From the NCBI GenBank assembly GCA_039186165.1, contig JBCDAG010000001.1, forward strand, positions 4,040-68,039: a stretch of 64,000 bases of DNA. Reading direction: 5' to 3'. The stretch is from Cyanobacteria bacterium P01_F01_bin.53 (lineage in GTDB: Bacteria; Cyanobacteriota; Cyanobacteriia; Phormidesmidales; Phormidesmidaceae). Under the pieces are notes generated by a model that did not search any database, was not told where the DNA came from, and worked only from the letters and a program-made list of their open reading frames with translations. Both the position numbers and the translations under genes were made by a program. Shown one piece after another: positions 52,501-60,500 of this stretch (position 1 is the first letter of the stretch; each line of letters opens with the position of its first letter).

Positions 52501-54508
52501 TGAGGGCATATTCGATGGCAAAGAGAGCGGGTTGGGCATAGGCCGTTTCGGTCAACTGAGCAGGCTTGATCTCCTGTGAGATAGTTCTTTCGCTATCTGT
52601 TGGATAAATAATCCTGAGCAGATCAACCCCTTCTTCTGCTAAAAGTTCAGCGCATTGATCAATCGTTTGCTTAAAAACAGGTTCTGTTTTGTACAATCCT
52701 CGCGCCATATCTATGTGCTGGGCACCTTGTCCCGAAAACATAAAGACAATTGATTTGGGACTGTTATTTGCCGTCGCTGTTGAGGTCTCCTGCCTTTTTG
52801 TGTGTGGCTCACTCAGCTGTTTAATGGCACCTTCTATGGTTTGACATAGGTAAAAACGGCGATGGGGCCAGGCTCTCCTGCCAACTTGTAGGGTGTAGGC
52901 CACATCTGCCAGCGTTAATTCGCGGTTTTGCTGCAAATGCGCTGCCAAATTTTGTGCGGCTGTATCCAACGCCGTTGGCGTTTTTGCAGAAAGGGTAATG
53001 AGCTGCCAGGGACGAGCAGGTCCAGAGGAGCATCTCTCAGGTGCTTCCTCTAAAATGGCGTGGGCATTGGTGCCGCCCATTCCAAAAGAACTGACGCCAG
53101 CGCGTTTGGGCGTGCCCTTGTTAGCCTCTTGTTCAGGCCAATCTATGCAGTGTTGATTGACGACGAACGGGCCGTTTTGAAAGTCAATTTTAGGATTGGG
53201 TTTTTCGTAATTTAGACTGGCTGGTAGGGTTTTGTGTTGAAGTGCCAGAACTGTCTTAATTAGGCCAGCAGCACCCGCTGCCGCGTCAAGATGACCCAAG
53301 TTTGTTTTGGCCGAGCCCAGGGCACAAGGCGGGCGATGATTCTCTTCGTTTTCAGTTCCGTTGGTTACAGTTCCGTTGGTTACAGTTCCGTTGGTCTGCC
53401 CAGATACTTTATGGCCAAAGACCTTGTTCAGTGCGGCTACCTCAATCGGATCCCCCAGCGGTGTGCCCGTTCCATGGGCTTCCACATAGCTAATGGTGTC
53501 TGGATCCACACAGGCCGCTTTAATGGCATCCTGAATAACGGCTGCTTGGCCAGAAACACTGGGTGCAATTAAGTTTACTTTGTCAGCACCATCGTTATTT
53601 ATCGCAGAGCCAGCAATCACTGCGTGAATATGGTCACCGTCTAGCAAGGCGGCCTGCAATCGTTTCAGGACAACAATGCCCACGCCGTTGCCAAACACAG
53701 TCCCTTGACCGTTGGCATCAAAGGCCCTACATAGGCCGTCGGGGGAGGCGATACTCTCGGCTTGGTAGGTGTATCCTTGAGGGGTTGCACTGCTGACGGT
53801 AACCCCTCCCGCTAGGGCCATATCGCACTCATGGTTGAGTAGGCTTTGGCAGGCTGTGTGAATGGCAACGAGCGCCGTAGAACAGCCGGTTTGAATTCCA
53901 CAGCTGGGTCCTTTGAGATCGAGCTGGTAGGAGACACGGGTTGGCATCAGCCCCATGACATTGCTGACCACAGCTTGTACAGGGTTAATGGATTCTCGGA
54001 CTTCTGGATTGGCGTGAAGATTAACGATGTAGCTGTTGAGCGCGGATCCGCCATAGACACCGATGCTACCGTCATATTGTTGAGTGTCATAACCTGCATT
54101 TTCTAGGGCACTCCAGGCGCATTCGAGAAAGACCCGGTGTTGGGGGTCTATTAACTCAGCCTCTCGGGGAGAATATCCAAAGAACTGTGCATCAAATCCT
54201 GTGGGGTCCGGGAAGCTAGCGTAGGCACGGACATAATTGGGTTGGTTAAAGGTGCTCTCGGGCACTCCAGCAGCTATCAATGCGTCATCAGAGAGCATTT
54301 GAATGCCGGATTTTCCTTGTTTAAGTAAGTCCCAGAATTCATCCAGGTTATCTGCGCCTGGGAAACGGCCAGCCATACCCACAATGGCGATCCGTTCATT
54401 GCGTGCCTGTTCAATGGCTTCTAGCTGAGATCGCGCTTCTTTCAGTGCCTTAAATACGCGCTCAGAAGCCTGCGTGGGGTTAGATAAATTTTGCGAGACT
54501 TCACTCAT
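49490..54508 (-). CDS. Type I PKS KS-AT(malonyl)-KR*(degenerate)-ACP
   Basis: IQTGCSTA, HGTGT, KTNLGH; AT GHSIG and HAFHS; KR has YAAAN but loop LIAGDLVEGLG; ACP GGHSL. Confidence 0.94.
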   Translation of the reverse strand: MSEVSQNLSNPTQASERVFKALKEARSQLEAIEQARNERIAIVGMAGRFPGADNLDEFWDLLKQGKSGIQMLSDDALIAAGVPESTFNQPNYVRAYASFPDPTGFDAQFFGYSPREAELIDPQHRVFLECAWSALENAGYDTQQYDGSIGVYGGSALNSYIVNLHANPEVRESINPVQAVVSNVMGLMPTRVSYQLDLKGPSCGIQTGCSTALVAIHTACQSLLNHECDMALAGGVTVSSATPQGYTYQAESIASPDGLCRAFDANGQGTVFGNGVGIVVLKRLQAALLDGDHIHAVIAGSAINNDGADKVNLIAPSVSGQAAVIQDAIKAACVDPDTISYVEAHGTGTPLGDPIEVAALNKVFGHKVSGQTNGTVTNGTVTNGTENEENHRPPCALGSAKTNLGHLDAAAGAAGLIKTVLALQHKTLPASLNYEKPNPKIDFQNGPFVVNQHCIDWPEQEANKGTPKRAGVSSFGMGGTNAHAILEEAPERCSSGPARPWQLITLSAKTPTALDTAAQNLAAHLQQNRELTLADVAYTLQVGRRAWPHRRFYLCQTIEGAIKQLSEPHTKRQETSTATANNSPKSIVFMFSGQGAQHIDMARGLYKTEPVFKQTIDQCAELLAEEGVDLLRIIYPTDSERTISQEIKPAQLTETAYAQPALFAIEYALTKLWMAWGIQPQAMIGHSIGEYVAACVAGVFSLNAVLSLITKRGQLMQRCTPGSMLSVLTAPATLKPLLPAEAEIAVINSPQNCVVSGSTAVIEALQKQLDAQNIPCRLLATSHAFHSTMMEPALADFSKALEKVTLSPPKIDFISNVTGTWIEDAQATDADYWVSHLRESVRFSQGIETLLQLPNPIFLEVGPGHTLTKLVKQNLPSGNKSSEGGESNGAGQAKHIIPVIQSLPHPQDAKDDITTFMAALGQLWLAGSSVKWSNLYQGLKRHRLPLPTYPFERESYWVPLLKPDENAAAGKALTQAQTKAADMADWFYLPTWKRLPLTAETSNLTDDRWLIFADDALQTQLQEHFSTLKNRPAITWVNPGSAFSHATEKSYTLQPQQATDYQQLIQALLAGDSWPTQVIYGWGMTHGTSSGKPHVDDFHALVYLTQALTTSREVLTRSTFTISIITTDVHDVTVHDSLNPRKARVLGLSQVISQECPGLSCRAIDTGLAIDAIDPTALQRLCRELATPYDYSQRQIAYRDRQRWVQTYEPLPLPAQSPSLIQRKGIYLIAGDLVEGLGMVYAHALVKEFDAKLVLLGRPGLPAPEEWEKWLLTHGPQHGVSRLIRRLQALGREGEQFLWFSGNLAEADWVAGRVQEGIERFGSTINGVFHTGVMGDRASCGISQLTDDEYERITRTKIKGIQNLQQSLADYPVDFYVIQSSLSAIVGGIGFGAYAAANSYLDTYAAQQNRTVTRWLSLNWDACELEESGMPSGMSSGGAASSNSENSQGAASELIASELMALAISSEEVWQTTQRALAQSQLDFAQLVISPRDLQPRLKAAFTPSHKDPGKQGTPAGNPEDSSALPKVHTRPTAHTRPNLGTEYVAPRSPVEQTVAQAMGELLGIEAVGIHDNFFELGGHSLLAIQAVTQLRQKFPVDLPMRAFLFEAPTVAGIAKIIEDQINEDQINEDQLNEDQLNVEEAAQISSQTQSTIEGLLDQIEEMTPEEVKNEI
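49506..49512 (-). promoter_or_regulatory. Shine-Dalgarno AGGAGGT for the LLM gene
   Basis: GAGGAGGTGAAAAATGAAATTTAG; LLM start lies inside the last 11 nt of the PKS gene. Confidence 0.75.
49595..49654. repeat. 4 x 15-nt in-frame tandem repeat (EDQIN/EDQLN)
   Basis: atttagctggtcctc x2 / atttatttgatcctc x2. Confidence 0.9.
53353..53395. repeat. ~3 x 15-nt in-frame tandem repeat (TNGTV) inside a KS loop
   Basis: cagttccgttggtta x2 + cagttccgttggt. Confidence 0.88.
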
Positions 54509-54554
54509 AGCGCCTGTGGGGAAGGAGAACTGGAAAATTCAGTAGAAGAGAAAA

Positions 54555-57500
54555 TTAAGAACGGTCTAGTAATTTTTCGAGTGCGGCAAGTTCTTGTTCC
54601 ATCTCAGAAGGCCCCGCTGCAGGCTCCTTAGGAGGCCCTTCAGGAGGTCTTTCAGGAGAACTCTCTGTAAGGATCTCTGGAAGATCCTCTGGAGGCCTCT
54701 CCGTTGGTGCTGGTAGTTCGGGGGTGACGGCAGCTGCACTACGCTCAGAACTCTTCTGCTCGTTGGCTATATCAGCCATCATGTCGGTTAAGTATGTCGC
54801 GAGCGTTTGAATGGTGGGATATTCAAAAATGATTGTGGAGGCAATGGGCGTTCCCAGTTTGATGTCTAGCTGATTTTTGAGCTCTACGGCCATGAGTGAA
54901 TCCATTCCCATGTCAAAGAAGCTCGCCGTGGGTTCGATGGGTTTGTGATTGGGCAGTTCCAGTACCTTAGCCACTTCGGCTTGGAGTTGCCCAACGAGGA
55001 AAGCCACCCGGCGACGTGGGGGCAGTGTGTTAAGCTGCTGAGCCCACTCGGCAGTTGATGAGGACTTGTGAAGTGTGCGAGTGCGCGTTGAGCTGTGTTT
55101 GCTGGTTTGTTGATTCGCCTGTTCCGCAGCCGCCGTAAAGTTTGAGAAAAATGGATCGCTAGCCGGGCCTTTATGAATCGATTGTTGGAACCGTGGCCAG
55201 TTGATGGGAATAACGCCGACTTGGGCGAGTTCTGGTTGGGAGAGTTCTGGTTGGGAGAGAAGGTGTTGGGAAAGAATTTGGGAAAGCGCTTGTATGCCTT
55301 GTTCGGGTGCGATCGCCCCAATTCCCCGCTGCTGCATCTGCTGCTGCGTCTGTTCTCCTGACGCTGAACCCACCTCAGACCAAGGCCCCCAGTTAATACT
55401 GACCGCTGGCAATCCTTGGGTCTGCCTGTGGTGTGCCAACGCATCTAAAAAGCTGTTAGCAGCTACATGGCTGCCCTGCCCAGGAGACCCTAGTAAAGAA
55501 GCGGCTGAAGAATACAGGACGAAAAAGTCTAGATCATGGTTGGGTGTCAGCTCTGCTGTGAGCTGGTGCAAATTCCAAGCGCCCCAAACCTTAGGCGCTA
55601 AAACCTTCTCCATCTGAGCCCAGCTCAACTGTTGCAAAATGCCATCTTGCAACACACCTGCGGCATGAATCACCCCTTTTAGAGGAGGCATTTTTTCTTG
55701 CACTGTCTGAAGCGCCGATGCTAACTGGGCCCGATCAGCCACGTCTGCCTGTAAAACTAATACCTCAATTCCTTTTTCCGTACTGCCTGTAATCCATGAC
55801 TTGGCGGAAGCTGAAGTATTCGCACCACGACTGAGCAAGGTCAGGTGACGTGCCCCTTGCTCCACTAACCATTGAGCCGTGGCTAATCCTAATCCACCTG
55901 TCCCGCCAGTAATTAAGTAGGTGCCGTCAGGGGATATGTTGCGGGGCTGGGGGGGCTGTTCTGCCATCGTCAAGACAACTTTGCCGATATGCTGGGCCTG
56001 CTGCATGTGACGGAATGCCTGAGGGGCCTTAGATACCGGGAACAAACGATGACGAACAGGCGTAAGCTGCCCGGATTCAAATTGTACCTTAAGGGTTTGC
56101 AGCATGGTTTGAATTTGCTGCGGTTGCGCTTGAGCCACCGACATTAAATCAATGATGTGATAGTCCACACCTGGCCAAGCGATAGCCATCTGTTGTTTGG
56201 AGAGAATGTCACGCTTACCAATTTCTAAGAAGCGCCCATTCTTAGCGAGTATGGATAGGCTTTTCTCGATAAACTCACCCGACAGTGAATTCAACACAAC
56301 CTCTACGCCTTGGCCGTCCGTCTTTGCCATAATCTCTTCGGCAAAATCGAGCGTGCGAGAGTTCATGATGTGCTGAATGCCCATCTCTGCCAGCGCTGGC
56401 CATTTCTTTGGACTGGCCGTCGCGTATATTTCTGCCCCGGCCTGCTGAGCGATTTTCACGGCGGCCATGCCTGTTCCACCAGCGGCTGAGTGAATTAAAA
56501 TACGCTCACCTTTTCTGAGCTGTGTGAGGACTTGTAGCGAATAATGTGCCGTCAAGAAATTCGCGGGAATGGTTGCAGCCGCTTGGGGACTTAAATTTTG
56601 AGGCTGGGAAATTACCAGCTCTACAGGGACCGTCACATATTGACTGAAGCTCCCAGCCGCCAGGGCTAACACCCGATCACCGACGGTCAAATGCTCAACA
56701 CCTGTACCCGTGGCAACAATTTCGCCCGCACACTCTACACCCAGCCAATCACGCTCAAAGGGCAACAGTGCCAGCGAATCTAGTACATCAATAAAGTTGA
56801 GCCCGGAGGCGCTCACCCGAATTTCGACTTCCCCTGCCTGAGGTTTCTGTCGTTGGTCAGAGATTAGCCGCAAATTATCAGGGCTACCTTTGGTTGGTAG
56901 CGCCAGCTTGAAGGGCTCTGACGGAATCGTTAATTGACAATCTTGCTGCGGGCCAGTGTTTGTGAATGAGGGGCTAGCTAAGCGGGCAACTCGACGCGTT
57001 CCTTGTTGATACGCAACAGATCTTTCGTCTGAACTGTCGTCCGGACTTGCGTCTGTAGAGGCGTTCAGCTCCTGGCAGAGTAATTCAATGTTCGTCGCTA
57101 TGTCATTATCCGGGTCAAGGTCAATACGGCGACAGCGTAAGGCCGGGTATTCTAGCTCAATCACCCGTGCTAAGCCCCATGCAGGCGAATGCGCTAAGCG
57201 ATGCCCACCGACTACGCCTTGGGTAACGATGCTCAATTGAGGCATAGCATGAGCAGTGTTGGCTGGCAGTGATTGTAGTAGTTTCAGTAGCCCTGTAGCG
57301 GACTTTTTGGAAAAGGCTTTGATTGTCTCTGAAGATGTCGTAGCAGGCGCTAGGCTGACAGGCTCTGCGATGTAAACAATCTGCTCAGGCCATTCATCAG
57401 CGGTTGAGAGGTCTTGGAATAAAGTGGATGATATTTCTTTTGCTTCTACCCATCGACCATTTACAGCTTGGGCTAGCTGTGTGCTGAAGTCAGTCTCTGA

Positions 57501-60500
57501 GTCGGCAACAGACTCTGCCAGAATTAGCCGGTGTTGTGTTGTTGTTTTTTGCAGTGGCGTACTGGCGATGATGATCGATTGAGGGAGTGCTTCTGAGGCA
57601 GCGATGTCTGAAGCTTCAAGTGGCCTAGCTTCTTCGAAGCCAGCAGTTTGTAAGTGTTGTTGCCATTGGCTGACGGAGAGCAATGGGTGGGTGGGGCGCT
57701 TCCACCAGCCTGCGGTCATGCCAAAGATGAGATCCAGCCAAATCAGCGGTTGAGTGCCCTCTAGGAGGATGAGTTGCCCGCCGGGGATAAGGAGCGATCG
57801 CACCCTTTCCAATACTTGATCAATATTTGCTGTGGCATGCAGCACATTCGAGGCGATCACTAAATCATAATCGTTGCACTTGAACCCCTGGGTCTCGAGA
57901 GATTGTTCAATATCTAACCGTTCATAGGTGAGATTAGGGTAATCGGCAAAACGCTCTTTAGCCTTTGCTAAAAACAAGGGAGAAATATCAGTGAATGCAT
58001 AGATTGACTCACCGAGATGGGGCAATATGTGGGCCGTCGTCCCCCCTGTACCTGCACCAATTTCTAGGATTCGAAGCGGGCGAGTGGTGTGAGCCAGGAG
58101 ACTTTGGATTACCTGATGTACTTGCTGATTCATCAGCTGAGAGCCAGGTGAGCTTTGGTACAGCTGGGTTAAGTCGCTGGTGTCACCGGCTGGGAAAAGG
58201 AGCGTCAGCGGATCAAGATTGCCTTGGAGTACGTCGGCCAAATTCTCTCCACAGCGCTGAATCAGGGTTAGCTCTGCTTTGGCGTCAGCATGTTGCTCTA
58301 AAAGCTGCTTGTGTAGAGTGTTCGCCTGAGGTAAATCTGAGGAGCTTACGGTGGATAAAACTTCTCTGAGTCGGCGGAAGAGCGCCTGATGTTCTAAGGC
58401 GATGTCTTGCTGGCTGAGACCCGCTGATGCCTCAGCAATATAGGCAAGGCTTAATCTTTCAAGTTGAGGGAGCAACCCAAGGTAGGCCTGTATGGCAGGC
58501 ATGGCGATCGCATCAGAAAAGCCACTGGCAAGCTGTTCAACAATAGCCTGCACCTGAATTGAAATCCCCTTCTCGGGCAAAGGCTGCTGCGGCCACTCTA
58601 CGGTATAGAAGGCATCTTCTATAGAGGACTGAGTAACAGAGGACTGACGAGTTGATAGCTGGCCTGTCTGAGTGTTCAACACTCTTTCCATACTCGCAGG
58701 CTGTAGTCGCAGACCTAACAGACTCACTAAGAGCTCACCGTCTAACGAGATAAGTTGGATATCAGCGAGCAGCCTGTTCTCTTTTTTAGTAACCTCTACA
58801 TGGCTCCACAGCTGGGTCTGCTCAATCCTGGGTACATGCATATGCACCTGAGCGATCGCTGCTGGCAGATAGGTGTTGGCCTCTGATTCATTGACAAAGA
58901 TAGCTGCAATACTCTGTAAGCAGGCATCTAGTAATACGGGATGCAGATAGTACGTAGCCTGCGTGGACAACAGATTATCAGGTAGCTGTAGGCGGCTTAG
59001 GGCCTGGGACTCCCCAACATAAACCTGTTGAATGGCACGGAAGCTATCGCCATAAGTCACGCCTTGACGATGTAATCGCTCGTAGCACTCAGCGGTCAGA
59101 ATCTCTGACGGGCAGCGGGCCTGCAACTGTTCTATTTCTAGAACGTTTTCTAGAACATTCGGCGTTGAAAAATCGGCATCGTTAAGCTGATTTCTCAGGT
59201 AGCCACTCGCATGCAGTTGCCATTCAGCACCGTCTTGTAGGCTAAAGATTTCATATCTATAGTGTTCGTTGTGTGGCGTCAGCACCACCTGTATCGTCTG
59301 AGCCGTGTTGAGTAAAAGGGCCTGATGGAAGTTAACGTCATCCATCGTGCTGACGGCGCCGGGCTGACCCTGAGCGGCGGCCAACGCCATTTCTAGGTAG
59401 CCGACTGCAGGCAATACTGTGGCCCCAAAGACTTGGTGTTCTTGAAGAAAGGGGACAGAGGTAGGCGTAATTTTCCCTTCAAAATAGATGGCTTGGGTGC
59501 CTGCTAGCGGAATGCGATTGCCCACTAACGGATGTATACCTTTCAGGGCCACCCCTGTTTTTTGTTTTCGGTGCCCCCTCTCGATATCTATCCAATACCG
59601 CTCTCTTTGAAATGGGTATGTTGGTAAGTCTACGCGTTGCCCAGCCTGTCCAGGCCAAGTGATGTTAGCCCCGTTGACATAGAGCTGCCCCAAGCTAGTA
59701 AGCATGATCTGTCGATCATTTTGGGTGTCGTAACGGTTAGGGCGTAGGCTTGGTAACCATTGCCCTTGCCAGTTGGGTAGGCAACCTTGGCCCATGGCTG
59801 AGAGGATGGGTTTTGGGCCAATTTCCAACGCTATGTCATAATCCCTTCCATTCAGGCACTCCATGCCTTGCCAAAATCTGACTGGCTGCTGAATGTGGCT
59901 TGTCCAATAGTGGGGCCAGTCGTGAATCTCTGAGATGTCTTTCCCTGTCACCGTAGAGACCATTTCGGTCTTAGGAGGGCCGTAGTTCATGCGCCGGGCA
60001 AGGTCATCAAAGTCTCCTAAGATCGGATCCATTAGTGAGGAATGGAAGGCGTGCGAGACCCTAAGCTTGGTCGTTTGAATGCCCTGTGCTTCTAACTTAG
60101 CCAGCATGACATTCAGCACCGTCTGTGGGCCGGAAAGCACTGTGTTGGAGGGGCCATTTTCTGCTGCGATCACCACGCCTTCTTGCAGGTATGGTGTGAC
60201 CTGTTCGGCGGCGGCCATGACTGCGGCCATGCCACCCCCGACGGGTAGCCCTTGCATAAGTCTGCCCCGAGCCGTGATTAAGCGTAATCCCGTTTCCCAC
60301 GTCATCACCCCAGCGGTGCAGGCGGCGGCGTATTCTCCAACGCTGTGGCCCAATACACCGTCGGGCGTGATGCCCCAGGATTTCCAAAGTTCAGTCAGGG
60401 CATAGGCGATCACGAAGAGCGCAGGTTGGGTGTAAGCCGTTTGGTAGAGCTGATGAGGTGATGGCGTGCCATCTTGTTTGAGGAGTATCTCACCGGGGTC

